From Neocallimastix sp. 'constans' (Eukaryota): DNA of 64,000 nt. Shown piece after piece: positions 28,235 through 42,190 of the stretch; the first letter of the stretch is position 1; the number at the start of each line of letters is the position of its first letter. The notes under the pieces are model-generated. The model did no database searches and was not told the origin of the DNA. It worked only from the letters and a program-made list of their open reading frames with translations. Location: NCBI GenBank assembly GCA_050613775.1, contig JBODTK010000015.1, forward strand, positions 124,001 through 188,000. The letters run 5' to 3'. The position numbers and the translations under genes were made by a program.

Positions 28235-31200
28235 GAAAAAGAAAATTATTAGTAATGGAGAAATAATATAAAATATAAAAGAAAAATAAAAAAGATAAAA
28301 AAAAAATTTTTTTTTTTTTTTGTAAAGAAATAGAAAAAAAATATATATTTATATATTTATAATATTTTTCATTAATTTTAATTTTCATTTATAATTCATA
28401 TTTTTTTTTCTCCATTACTATTAATTATGAATATATATTATAAATATTATAATTATTTTAAAAACAAATAATTTTTTTTTTCTAATTTCTTTACTCTATA
28501 ACTAAAAATTTATTCATTATTATTATTATTATTTTAATTAAATTATTATAAATTTATATTTATTTATTAAAAAAATAAAATAAAATAATAATAATAATAA
28601 TAAATAAATAAATATATATATATATATTTTTTATATATATAAATATTTATATTTATATTTATACATATAATTTAAATTTATATATATATTTATATTTATT
28701 TATATATATTAAAAAAAATAAAATAAAATAAAATAAAATAAAATAAAAAATATATACACATTAGTATTTTAATAAAAAAAAAGAAAAAAAAAAACTTACA
28801 GATAATGAAAGGTTGCTGGCTTTATTGGCTAATGGAGATATAGAGACTGATGGATCCATAGCAGCACTTAAATGACCACTCGAAATAGAACTAATATTGT
28901 TTAAAACAACCGCTGAACCATTAGGAGTACTACCAGCTGAATTTGTATAGGAACGAAGAGGAGTATTTCCAGCTGAAGAAACATTGGTATTAATATGTAA
29001 ATTAGAAAAACTTTGAGTGATGGTAGGGGAACGAGTAGATTGAGAATTTAATGGAGAAAGATAGAAATTGTTTGTCACATCCTCCATTTTTTGTAAATCT
29101 TGTTGATAATCATCATTAATCTTAATTGGACTAACAATTTCACTTGGCATATAACCAAATAATTTTGTGAGACGTGGTGGAGCATCTAATGGAGAATCAA
29201 ATTGACTATTGCTACCATTAATTGTATTATTCATTGAAAGTCTATTATTTGAAGTCATTGGATTTGTATTAATCTTTATTGGAGAATTTGTATAAATTGA
29301 TGAAACTGGATTTGGTGGAGATGGTAACTGTTGTTGTTGATACTGATATTGCTGTTGATGTTGATATAATACTTCATTAGCACTATGAGAATTATTATTA
29401 TTATCAATAATATGATGACTATCACCAGAATTTGGTTTAGTTGGAATCTTTAGTGGTGGTAATTCCTTATTATGCCAATCATTAACAAGATTAATAGAGG
29501 AATTACACTTATTGTGAAGTGGCTGTTTGTACAATGTATTTATAGTTGGATTACCATTATTAGGATTAGTATTTGTATTGATCATTAAATTATTAGAATT
29601 ATAGCTATTGTTGCTTGCTCTTTTTTGGTTGTATAATTCACTAGTACCATAACTTATTCCACTACCATTAGATTTATATATCATATATTGATTATTATCT
29701 GATATTTGAGATTTATTGGGTGCATTTGAATTCATTAGATAAGCTTCATTATATTTTTTCATTATTTCATTCTGTTGATGTTGATGTTGTTGTTGCTCAA
29801 ACATATAGGAATTATATTGAGTATCCATTAATACTGCTTGCGGTGGTTGTGGTGGTGGTGGTTGTGGCATAGTAGATGGTGTTTGATACATTGTATAATG
29901 ATTCTGTGGCAGTATTTGTTGTGGTTGAGAAGTTTGTGATTGTTGTGATTGAGGTTGAGGTTGAGGCATAGAAACTTGGGATTGATAGGAATACCTATAG
30001 CTAACATTTGGATTAGTCATCATTGAATTTTCATTGACGGATGTGACACCATGTTGATTGTTATTATTATTAGTTGAAGAAAGAGGTATATTACTATTCA
30101 TGGACATAATTAAAGAATTTCTTATTTTTGCTGATGCTGATTTTGATGAAGTTCTCTTATATGAATAAACATTTGGTGCAGAAGAATGATTATCACCTGT
30201 TGGAGATATAGTACTCAAACCAGTGTACTTTTGAATTGGTTCATTATCAAATGAATCAATAGCCGCAGCAGTTGAATCAATGATATCTCTATTATAATCA
30301 TCATAAGAAGTAATATGTTTGGTTTGAGTACCAGATGAATTATTAAATTGAATATTGTATTGTACATGATTATTATTTGTTTTTGTGTTAGTGATAGGTA
30401 GAGATGGTTGTTTGGATTGACGACGACCTGATTCTTCTGCTTCATTTAATGTCACTCTTGGAGGTACCGGTATATCTTTTTGTTGCTTTTGTTGCTTCTG
30501 TTGTTTTTGTTGTGAAGATGTATTTAACTTAGAAGAATGTTTTAATAGCTTTAAATCATTAGTTGGATTAGCATTGATTTTAAGTGGGTATTTTAACTTA
30601 TGGTTTAATAAAAGATCACCAGTTTCCTGAATTTCTTCAACACTGATATGTAAATCAAAATCATTAATTAAGAGAAATTCAATTTCTAATTGATTAAGTT
30701 CTATCACTGGTAAACCACCAACCTAATAATTTTTTTTTTTTTTTTTTTGATCATTTAATTTATTTTTGTATTAAAATTATTATTATTGATTATTATTATT
30801 ATTATTATTGATTATTATTATTATTGGTTATTATTATTATTGGTTATTATTATTATTGGTTATTATTATTGGTTATTATTATTATTGATTATTATTATTA
30901 TTATTGATTATTATTATTATTATTGATTATTATTATTGATTATTATTATTGATTATGAATTATTATTTATTAATAATTATTGATTAAAAATTTTTATTGA
31001 TTATTATTTTATTTTATTTTATTTTATTTTATGAATATAATTTATGATTTAATTTTTGACAATCATAAATAGAAAAAATAGATAAATTTTCAAAAAAAAA
31101 AAAAAAAAAAAAAAAGTTACAATAAAAAAAAATTTTTTTAATTAATAAAAATTATAATATATATAAGTAATAATGAATTTAAATTTAATAGATATAAAAA

Positions 31201-31947
31201 AAAATAATAATAAAATATCTATTTAAATAGAATTATATATAATTTTCTATGAAGTCATTCTTTATTATAATTCTTTTATTTTTTAATTATTTTTTATAAT
31301 AAAATAAAAAAATTACCTTTGCATAGTGAGAATTTGTAAAGAAAATATCACTATAAAATTTAGCAGCAATCATAATACCTATTATAAGTAAACGATGAAT
31401 ATTATATGAATTGATAATGATTGGCTTTCTACGTTTTTTACAGGAACTAACAAAAGATGGAGGTTTATTTTGAAGAGTTGCCATTCGATTAAAATAAACT
31501 AATACCGAAAGAAAACAATCATTCTCACAAGGTGCGTATTTTAAAATTCTATTTAAATAAGCCAAAATATCAATGGTTGGAATGGATTTAGCATGAAATC
31601 TTGTCTATAATATAATAATTATTATTTTTTAAATGTTTTTTTTTTTTTGGTTTTTTTTTTTTTTTTTTGTTATTACGAAAAAAAATTTTTTCGTTTATAA
31701 ATATAATAGTATTAAATTTAAGTATAAATTTAGTATTGAAATTATATATATATTATATAAATATTTATATTTAAAAATGGTTTTTTATAAAAATAATTTT
31801 TAAAATTTTATTCATTATTTTTACCAATTCATTTCTACTTTCAGGCATTTTATCTGTTTGTTCTATTACTTCTTGGAGATATCCAGCCATAAGACGTAAA
31901 GTCTCATGTCTTGAATAATTCACTATATCAAAATGTTTACTACTCAT
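26534..31947 (-). CDS. PHO80/Pcl6/7-like (Pho85-type) cyclin with a long N/Q/S/P-rich tail; exons 31947-31825, 31604-31317, 30722-28800, 26959-26534; 919 aa
   Basis: TRFHAKSIPTIDILAYLNRILKY...NIHRLLI...AAKFYSDIFFTNSHYAKVGGLPVIELNQLEIEFL. Three phase-0 GT-AG introns give one open frame. Confidence 0.9.
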
Positions 31948-32449
31948 ATTATATATATAATTATATTGTAATGACTTTTTAGGACTTTTAATAATATTTA
32001 TTGATTAATTGTTTTGCTATTATTTTATGTATGATTTTCATTTAATATTTGAAGAAAAAAAAAAGATTTTATTATTAATATTTAAAAGCAATTTAATTAT
32101 TATTAAATTATTAATAATAGTAAAATGATAGATTCTTTATTTATTGGTTTACTTATTTACTTTTTTTGGTTTGTTTGTTGTATTTTTTTGGAGAGTTTTA
32201 GCTTTTTCCTTTTTTTTTTTTATTAATTTATTTACTTTAAAAGATATAATTTTCTGTCAATATATAAAAAAAAAGTTCTATTCTTTATGCAAATTTTTAT
32301 TTTTATTTTTTTTTAAAGAAAAAACTAAATTAATATATATATATATTTTTCTATAAATTATTATTGTTTAATAATTTTTTTATATTTTCGTTTTGTTTTT
32401 ATTTTATTTTTTTATTATTATAGATTATATTTCTTTTTAACTTTATTCA

Positions 32450-32489
<40 letters not shown>

Positions 32490-33044
32490 TTTATTGTAGT
32501 TAAATGTTATATTCTTTTTTTTTTTTTTTTTTTTGGAAACTCTAAATCATTTGCTAAAAATTTGAATTTATATTATCTTGTTCTTTCTTTTAGGTTCTTT
32601 CAATATATTAACTTTTATTTCTTTTTCTCTGAAAGGAAAGAAATAAAACTTTTGGTTTATATATTTTAAATTTATATATCGTATTATATCATCAGTTTCT
32701 TTTTATTATTCCTTTATTGTTGAATTATTCAAAATGAATAATATAGAAATAGTATATTTATTGTAATATATTTTATATCAAAAGATTTTATTTAAATAAA
32801 ATTTTTAATATAAAAATATTAATAATATATATTATATATTAGTATTTAAAAAAAAATAATAATAATTAATATATTTGTTAAAAATAATATATATCATTAA
32901 TAAAATTTATGATATAATAAATAATTCTTTCCAATTCTATATATATATATATATACTTGATTATGATACTAATAAATATCAATAATAAAAATAATAAATG
33001 TATATATTTTTATAAAAATATTTTACTTGAGAAAAAAAAAAAAG

Positions 33045-33340
33045 CAATTTATTAAAACATAAAGTTATTGTTTTTAAATAATTTATTCTTTCAAATTTGA
33101 AGCATTATTATTAATCTTTTTATATTTATAAATATTTTAAACATTTTTGTTTTTTTGTTTTTAATCTTTGTATTTTCAGAGTTTATTACAATTTATTAAA
33201 ACATAAAGTTATTGTTTTTAAATAATTTATTCTTTCAAATTTGAAGTATTATTATTAATCTTTTTATATTTATAAATATTTTAAACATTTTTGTTTTTTG
33301 TTTTTAATCTTTGTATAATTTTCAGAGTTTATTACAATTT
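33045..33340. repeat. Near-perfect tandem duplication of ~144 bp upstream of the cyclin
   Basis: CAATTTATTAAAACATAAAGTTATTG...CAGAGTTTATTA occurs twice. Confidence 0.9.
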
Positions 33341-33528
33341 ATTATATTTTATAGTATCAATTTCATAAATACTTGTAATATATTTATATATAAATTTCTT
33401 TTTATTATTGTTTTACAGACATATTTATGTGTTTTGTTTTGTTTCTTAGTTATGTTTTGTTTTTAGTTTTGTTTTTATTAAACTTTCTTTATATTATTAA
33501 TTAATATGTAAACTTCAATTATTGAAAC

Positions 33529-33559
<31 letters not shown>

Positions 33560-34190
33560 GTTATCTTTTTATTAATTTTTTTTTTTCTCATATACATAAA
33601 TAAATAGAATAGAGTTATGATTAATTTACCTAAATGTATATTTTATTATATAATTAGAATATAAATATAGGAAATAAATATATAAAAAAAAAAATTTCGT
33701 AATAATAGATACTAAAAGAAAATAATAATAGTTTAATATATAAAGTTATAATAAAAATAATAAAATATATATATATATTTTATTTTTATATCGATATACA
33801 ATAAATTTAACTTTATATCGAAGAACTAAAGAAAATATAAAATATAATGATAAAAAGAAAAATATTTTATTTTTAGGTTTTCTGTTGGTAATTGTCAATT
33901 TAAGGTTTATTTTTTTGTTTATTTATTATTTATTAATTTATTAATTTATTTATTTAATTATTTATTATTTAATTATTTATTATTTAATTATTTATTATTT
34001 AATTATTTATTATTCAATTATTTATTATTCATTTATTTAATAAATACTCTTTATTATTTGTTTGTTTGTTTGCTTATTTAACTAATGATTTTATCACAAA
34101 AATATTAATGAATCAATAATGAATTTATCAAAAAATAATTTTAATAAGATGTAAATGAATTAATAAATATAATTACAAATAAATTATTAA

Positions 34191-34221
<31 letters not shown>

Positions 34222-34411
34222 ATATTACAGTTAAGTAAAGGATTGTCTTTTTTTCTTATATACATCAATTTCTCTATTATTAATTAAAGTACTATTAATA
34301 TATATACATTATATATTGCAATATTATTCAATATATACTAATAATTTTAGAATATGTACAATTTAAATTAAAATTATTTATTTATTAAAAGTAATCTTTT
34401 TTACTTATTCT

Positions 34412-34590
<179 letters not shown>

Positions 34591-34709
34591 TTCAATTATT
34601 TATTTCTCTAATTAAATTTTAAATGTCATTTTATATTTTATCATTTTTTTTCACAATGGATTAAAAAAAAAAAAACTTTGTTCTACGGCAGGCTTTGTTT
34701 ACCGTAGAA

Positions 34710-35442
34710 TAAGGTTATTTACATTAATTAAAAGCCACATATAATTTACATATTTAAAATATTGGCTTTGAAAAACTAATTTTAATTACTAAAATAATGA
34801 TAATACAAATGTATCAATTTTATATAGCCACAATGGTATTAATGATCACATGGCCATGTTTCTTTTTTCCATATAGAACTTAAAGTATAATTAAACTATT
34901 AATCTTTTTTAGAAGGAAAACAGCTCATAATTTAATATATGGTATAATATATTGTGACATATATAAAAGTAATTAAATTCTATTTATTAATTAATTAAAA
35001 TTAAGTACAAAAAAGGAAATTAAAAAAAAAAAAAAAAAGAGAGAACAATGATTTTTTCTAATATAAATAAAGTTTATTTGATATATTATATATAAATTAA
35101 TTCAGTTGAATTTCATATATTAAGTATATAATATCAAAAATTAAATAAATATGTCTTTAAATTTTATTATTATTTAAATATATTAGCAATATATTAACAA
35201 TTGATTTATTATTTTTTATCCTTTTATGAATAATTTTGTTGTGTATTACATAAAAATAAGAAAAATCAACGACAAATAAGAAGTTTCAATTTTAGATAGC
35301 AAATATTAAAGATTAAGAAATATAGGAAACAGAGAAAAGGAAAAATCATTAATTATTAATTACCTATTATTCAATTATTTATTTATTTATTTATTCAATT
35401 ATTTATTTATTTATTTATTCTTTATAAATTATTTATTTATTC

Positions 35443-35518
<76 letters not shown>

Positions 35519-35955
35519 TTCAATTATTTAATTATTTTATTTATTCAATTATTTATTTATTTATTTATTATTTATTTATTTATTATTTATTTATTTATTT
35601 GTTTATTATTTATTTATTTATTCTTTATTAATAATTAATAATTACTCCTTATTATTTGTTTGTTTATTATTTATTTATTTATTATTTATTTATTTATTTA
35701 TTATTTATTTATTATTTATTTATTATTTATTTATTTTTTTTTTATTTTTATTATTTATTTATTTATTTATTAATTATTTATTATTTATTATGTAACATTG
35801 GAGGCTTCGCTTACATTTTAATTAGGTTATTGTACATTATATAAAGCCACACATAATTTACATTTTTAAAATTTTGGAATTTGAAAAATTAATTTTAATT
35901 AGTTAAATGACCAAATTTATCAAATTCAATATCCACAATTCTATTAATGAACACA
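34710..35955 (+). repeat. Two diverged ~140-bp copies (about 34710-34850 and 35824-35955), probably LTR fragments
   Basis: Shared AGGTTATT..AAAGCCACA..ATAATTTACAT..TTTGAAAAA.TAATTTTAATTA..CCACAAT..ATTAATGA.CACAT. Confidence 0.55.
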
Positions 35956-35959
35956 TATA

Positions 35960-37430
35960 AAGAAATATAGTTAAAAGCTTTTGAAAAAGAATTAAATAAT
36001 ATGAAAAGAATGAAAGTTTTTTCTGTTATTGGTGAAATACTGAAGAATCCAAATATTATTTCAACTAGATAGGTACTTAAATATAAAAAAAATTCCTAAG
36101 GAAAAATGATTAAATATAAAGCCAGATAAGTAATAAGGGGATTTAATCAAGTATACGAAATTAACAATAATAATACTTTTTCTCCAACACTCAAACAGGA
36201 TATTTTTAGAACAATAATTGCAATCACAGTTCAAAACAATTTCAATATTCACCAGATGGACATTAAAGTCGCTTACCTAAACGCAAAATTAGATGAAGAT
36301 AACGTATTGATGCCGGAGGATATAAAACGGAGGATATAAACCGAAAGGGATTTTGTAAATTGAATAATGAATTATACGGCCTAAAACAATCTGGTAGAAT
36401 GTGGAATGAAATCTTAAAAAAGGTATTGCTGGAACTAAACTTTAAAAGATTCATAAGTAAATTATGTGTATACATAAAAAAAAGATAAATATATTAATAT
36501 AAACTATTTACTAGCTGTATAGATCGAAGACATAATCGTTACAGGTACAAAGGATGAAATAATTAAAACTAAATGTTCAATTATGAATAATTTTAAAGCT
36601 AACGATGTAGGCGAAGTTAATTTCAAAATAGGAATTAAGTTTATAAAATGTAAAGATGGCTATTTGATTTATCAAAAGAAATATTTGAAAGAAATATTAA
36701 ATAAATTTATCATTGGTAAATATACTCCAGTGTCTAATACATTGAAAACACAAATTTAAAAAATAAGAAATCTAACATAACTAAATACAAAAAAACTTAT
36801 AGGGTCTTTATTGTATTTAGCCATTAGTTCAAGACCAAATATACTATTATCCGTAAATAAAACCTCCAGAAAGTATGAAGACTGGTATAATGTTTTAAAA
36901 ATATTTAAATATCTCAAGGGTAACTCTAATTATGGAATAAAATTTTCTAATACTGATAATTTTAACTTAAATGTTAATGTCAACGCTGATATAGGTAAAG
37001 ACAAAGAAATAAGAAAATCCACTATTCAATTCATAATGTTTTTTAACTCGGCTCCTTACAAGCTGGTATTTTAAACGTCAACATTATGTTGCAATTTTTA
37101 CTACTGAAAATGAGTGCTACGGAATTCACGAATGTGTAAGACACTGCCTTTGGTATAGGAATGAATTTAAAGAACGTAGACTTAAACATGATGCTATCAA
37201 TAAATGCAGATAACAAAATCGCAATTTATCATTGCGAGAAAGAAACAATTAATCCAAAATCTAAACACGTTGATTTACGTTATCATAGTATAAGAGAATG
37301 AGTCATAAGGAAATATATTACAATAAAATATATAAAATCTGAACATCTTTTGTCTGACGGAATTACAAAGTATCTAAACTCAACCTAAATGAAGAAATTT
37401 AGAAATAACATTTTATATCAATTTTACTGA
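35960..37430 (+). pseudogene. Ty1/Copia RT-RNase H remnant
   Basis: HQMDIKVAYLNA, LYGLKQSGRMWN, IGSLLYLAISSRP, KSKHVDLRYH; multiple disruptions. Confidence 0.9.
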
Positions 37431-37448
37431 TCTTAAACTTTAGGGGAG

Positions 37449-37666
37449 TGTTAGAAATAAAGTTTTATATGTTATATTAAATCTTGTATAACTTAAAATA
37501 ATATATATTTGTTATACTAAACCATTCATGTACAATACAATACAATGTATGATTCATTGTAGCATATTGATGAATGTATATCACGTAATTATATATCTAC
37601 ATTAGTTAACCAAATATCTTATACGTACATTTTTTATTTTTATTTTTTTTTAATATATCATTAACA
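37449..37666 (+). repeat. Copia 3' LTR
   Basis: PPT TAGGGGAG at 37441-37448, then TGTTA...TAACA. Confidence 0.75.
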
Positions 37667-37952
37667 AATAATTTTAATAAATAATATAATAAATAAAGTT
37701 ATTTAATAAATTTTTTTTTTTTTTTTTCGTTTTTTATCAATAATACTTTTTTTATTTTTAATTTTTTTCTATAAAAATTTAAAATAAAAAATATATACAA
37801 ATATCAAATTGTTTAGGTAAGGAATTGAAATTATTTTAATCATTAAAATAATAATTGGTAAAATAGTAATTTTTTTTCTTGAAAATGCTTCTATATTACA
37901 TTATATTTTAAAAAGGTTTATACTATATATATATTAAGTAAAATTAACATCA

Positions 37953-38813
37953 ATGACAAAAAAATCAAAAAATATAAATGACGGTACCAATATTACTACC
38001 ATTAAAAATGAAAGTAATATTGATTCCGATAAAAAAGCTGAAATAATTCAAGATAAAGTAGGCCAATTATACAAGAAAATAAACTTTTTGGAAAAAATAA
38101 CTCAATATTTTTTCTATATCAATTTATTAATTGTATTATCATTTATATTTCATATTCAATTTAAAAATTGGTTCATTCTTCTCCATATTTGTTTCAGTAT
38201 TATTTATAATGTATTATCAAAATATATCGATCTTTATTTAAAAAACAATGTAGAAACAGAGCATAGAAAAACTTTTATTAAAAATGCCCTTAATGCCAAT
38301 ATTACAGAAAATAATTCTACCAACAATTACTATAATAATAGCGAAAAAGAATCCATAAAAAAAATGGGTTTAAATTGTTTCGAAAGTTTATTATTTTCCG
38401 AGTTTATTGCAAATAAAATGATTCGGGAAGAATTTTTGAAAACGACAGGTTTAGTTTTAATATTTATTTCCTTAGTCATAAGTACTCATAATTTATTAGA
38501 TTTTACCCTTTTAATAAGTCAAGCTTTTCTTTCACTTGAAAAACTATATCTATTTATTAAACTACTGTACTTCAAAAATCATGTCACCGTACTCTACTCT
38601 GATATATATTCTTTGTTTGTCACTTCACGTCCAAAGAATGATCAGGTTTTAATAGCAAAAATTTTAGATATAACTATGAATTATGAATGTTTAAAGTATT
38701 TTTGTAAAATATCACTTTCTTCTCGCATATTCAATAAATATAATTCAGCACTATCGAAAGAATGGGATGATATATATCATAAAAAAATAGAAAGTACTAA
38801 CGCTAACCAATAA
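37953..38813 (+). CDS. Intronless 4-TM protein (286 aa), similar to bacterial CBASS-associated 4TM effectors; paralog 1
   Basis: Intact ORF with 2+2 hydrophobic helices and motifs RK.FIK, YYNN, MG.NCFE, YECLK, SLSSRI, EW; clear paralog at 40191. The family call is from memory. Confidence 0.75.
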   Translation: MTKKSKNINDGTNITTIKNESNIDSDKKAEIIQDKVGQLYKKINFLEKITQYFFYINLLIVLSFIFHIQFKNWFILLHICFSIIYNVLSKYIDLYLKNNVETEHRKTFIKNALNANITENNSTNNYYNNSEKESIKKMGLNCFESLLFSEFIANKMIREEFLKTTGLVLIFISLVISTHNLLDFTLLISQAFLSLEKLYLFIKLLYFKNHVTVLYSDIYSLFVTSRPKNDQVLIAKILDITMNYECLKYFCKISLSSRIFNKYNSALSKEWDDIYHKKIESTNANQ

Positions 38814-39330
38814 AATAAATAGTCAAATATCCAAATCCTTCAAAAGAAATAGAATATTTTTTTCAAAAATTAAATTATTATAAAGTTTCAATAATAAAAA
38901 CATAAAAAGCATACAAATATTTTCTTAAAAAACAATAAATAAAAAAAAAAAAAAAAAAACTTAGATCATATAATATATATATATATTATTTGTTTATATC
39001 TATAATACTCAAATTTAAAAATAACAAGTTATAAATAATTATATATAATAATATATAATATACCTTAGAATATTTAAGTTTATAGAAATTATAACTGTAA
39101 TAATATTTATTGTAATAGAAGTGATAGGTGTGGTAATAATAAAGTGTTGTTGATATTTGATTATTTTATCGAGGAATTTTACAATAATTATTTTAATAAC
39201 ATTATAAAATCATCATTAAGTTTGATTTACGATATTAATTTATGTTTGAATAATAAAAATTATTTTATATTAATTAAGGTTTGAATTTTTTAATTTATAT
39301 CATATTGATTTATAAATTCCCAAATAAATG

Positions 39331-39730
39331 ACATTTCAAGGACATTTCCAATATTGTACTACCCTAATTTTAAATTTTAGATTTTTTAGATTAAATCCTT
39401 AAAATTATATATAAAAATGAAAACATAAAAATAAAAAAAGCAATAATAAAAATTATTATTATTATTATTAAAACTATATAAAAAAAAAAAAAAAAAAAAA
39501 AAAAAGAAGAAAGGGATATGAAAGAAATATAAAAAGTCGTTTTGTAAAAAATAGAATTAAGGTTTGAAGATTTCATTTTATATCATATTGTTTTATGATG
39601 CCAAAATGACCGTCCGGCATTTCAAGGACATTTCCAATATTGTACTACCCTAATTTTCAATTTTCAATTTTTTTTTTAAACTAAATCCTAAAAATATAAA
39701 AATAAAAAGAAATAATTTTTGTTATTATTA

Positions 39731-39785
<55 letters not shown>

Positions 39786-39820
39786 ATAAAGGAAACATAG
39801 AAAAGTCTTTTTTATGTTAA
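39331..39820. repeat. Diverged tandem duplication (period ~286 bp) between the 4-TM genes
   Basis: CATTTCAAGGACATTTCCAATATTGTACTACCCTAATTTT is identical at 39332 and 39618, with similar downstream sequence. Confidence 0.85.
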
Positions 39821-40190
39821 TATATAAAAAATAATAATAATAAAATATAACTTTTAAATAATTATTAATAAAAAAAAAATTAAAATAAAATATCATTAAA
39901 TAAATATTTATAAATAATATATTATTAATATTATTTTCGGTTATTTTAATATAAAATATTATTATATACCTAATCACATAAAATATATATTAAAACAAAT
40001 GTTTAATACACCTGTTTCTATCAATCTCCACAAACACAAAATAAAAGAAATAGTAATAGGAAAAAGTTAAATAAAATTCAATATCTATCTAACATTCAAT
40101 ATTTTATAAGATATTTTCATTTATCTATACATAAAAATATATACTAACGATAAAAAGAAAAAAAAAAAAAAAAAATTTATTTATTTTCAG

Positions 40191-41033
40191 ATGTCAAGTC
40201 CACAAAAAAATACTTTAAAGCATACTCTGTCTTGCCCTGAATTAACAGTTATAAATCTACCTGAACCAGAGAAAAGTGAAGAAAAAGTCGATGAAGTCAA
40301 TAAATTGTATAATAGAGTAAATATTTCAGAAAAAATTGCCAATGGTGTATTTTTTATTAATTTAATAGTATCCGCTATTACAATTTTTGAATTCAAATAT
40401 CAAGATTTATTTTTCATTATAAATATTATATTCAGTATAACGTATGTGGTACTTAGTAATGTTATTGATATTTACTTTAAAAATAGAGCTGAAAATGAAC
40501 GAAGAAAATCGTTTATTAAAGAATCCTTTAACGTTAACCTTACCAAAAGAAAAACGTATAAATATTATAATAATGACGAACAGGAATCACTACGAAAAAT
40601 GGGAGTAAATTGTTTTGAAAATTTATTTTTCACAAAATATATTGCTAAAAAAATGTTAATCACAGAAAGTATAAAAGTTTTTATTATCGTACTCTTATAT
40701 ATCATTCTGTTAATTCAGGTAGAAAATTTAGAACTTTTAGTACTTATTACCCAAACTGTATTTTCTTCAGAGTACTTCTTCAAGTATATCAAATTTTTAT
40801 ATTTTAAGGTTCATGTAACCCGTATCTACCAAAAATTGTTCGATATATTTGTCACCACTCATGCAGAAGATGATAAAGTTACTAGAATTAAAATATTGGA
40901 TGCTGCTATGGATTATGAATGTTTAAAATTTTATTGTAAAATATCTCTTTCTAGTAGAATTTATAACAAATACAATAACAAACTTAACAAAGAATGGGAT
41001 GAATTATATCATTCATCTATTGTATATCATTAA
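40191..41033 (+). CDS. Intronless 4-TM protein (280 aa), similar to bacterial CBASS-associated 4TM effectors; paralog 2
   Basis: DEV..Y, AE.ERRK, T..YYNN, G.N.FEN, TQTVFS, LD...YE..K, S..Y.K.N..L..EW. A TTTTCAG acceptor-like site lies immediately before the ATG. Confidence 0.8.
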   Translation: MSSPQKNTLKHTLSCPELTVINLPEPEKSEEKVDEVNKLYNRVNISEKIANGVFFINLIVSAITIFEFKYQDLFFIINIIFSITYVVLSNVIDIYFKNRAENERRKSFIKESFNVNLTKRKTYKYYNNDEQESLRKMGVNCFENLFFTKYIAKKMLITESIKVFIIVLLYIILLIQVENLELLVLITQTVFSSEYFFKYIKFLYFKVHVTRIYQKLFDIFVTTHAEDDKVTRIKILDAAMDYECLKFYCKISLSSRIYNKYNNKLNKEWDELYHSSIVYH

Positions 41034-41693
41034 TATATCTCCTTTAAAATTCTCCATTCTTTTTTTTTTTTTAATAAATATATATTTTATTAGAAAAAAA
41101 TCTTTAATGATTATTAATAATATAGACAAGAATTAGAATAAAAAAAAAAAAGATTGGTTCTATAATCAATATAAATAGATAAGTAAGATGTTACTATCAT
41201 GTATATTTTTTAATCATAATTTTATCATTCATATTTATTATGAGAATTAATATTCAACCGTAAAAATGTTATTGTAATGCTCAATAATATTTAAAAAAAT
41301 TAATCCTATTATAATCTCTTTCTTACTTATATAAATTATATTAATTTAATGAAAAAAAAAATAATAATATACTGTAATTGATAATACATATAAAATAATA
41401 TAAAAATAAACATTATAATAATGAACAAATTTTATTTTATTTTATATAATTTTATTTAATATTTTTAAAGATAATTTAAAATGAGATTTTTTTTATTTAC
41501 TATGCTTAAAAAATATTGAATTTATTTGTATTAACTTTAGTGGATATTTGTTGCTATATAAATATTATTATAAGTATTAATGATATATTCGATTTTTATA
41601 CTATTTTGTTTTGACCAAATTTTTTTATTTTTTTTATACTTGACTTTATCTTTTAATAAATAATTCTTTTTTTTTCAATATATATTTGAAATG

Positions 41694-42190
41694 TGTTACA
41701 TTTAGAAACGTGGCTTATAAATTAAAATTTAATTTGTAATTCAACGCCCCACATTTTTATTTTTTTTAAATCATTGTAAATAAATAAATAAATAAAATTA
41801 GAAATAAATATAAAGGGTTAATTTTTTTTTCTTTAAAATAACAAAAAAAATTTTTTCATAAGAGCATTATTTATAATTATTAACAAAAAAAAAAAATAAT
41901 TGAATAAAATAAATAAAAATAAATAAAAATAAATAAAATAAATGAAAATAAATAAAAATATATAAAATAAATAAAATTAAAATTAAAAAAAAATAAATAA
42001 AATAAATAAAAAAAAATAAAATATTAAATTATAAAAAATTAAATTTAATAAATTATTAAAATTTTTTATTGATTTATTTAAAATTTAAGTAATATTATTT
42101 ATTTATCAAAAACAAAATAAGCCACATTCATGTGAACAATACATTGTAATACGCCACTTTTCATATAAAGTCACGTTCCGAAATGGAACA
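41694..42190. mobile_element. MITE with ~27-bp imperfect TIRs
   Basis: TGTTACATTTAGAAACGTGGCTTATA versus the reverse-complemented end TGTTCCATTTCGGAACGTGACTTTATA; related ends at 55304-55640. Confidence 0.8.

Noticed and set aside
28041..28388. Hydrophobic short ORFs (also 18560, 32144, 35656, 39391, 39681, 59747)
   Set aside because: They are translations of homopolymers and microsatellites.
37953..41033. Bacterial contamination or a complete CBASS operon
   Set aside because: The genes are 1.4 kb apart in host-like poly-A DNA among eukaryotic TEs, and no cyclase ORF is present.
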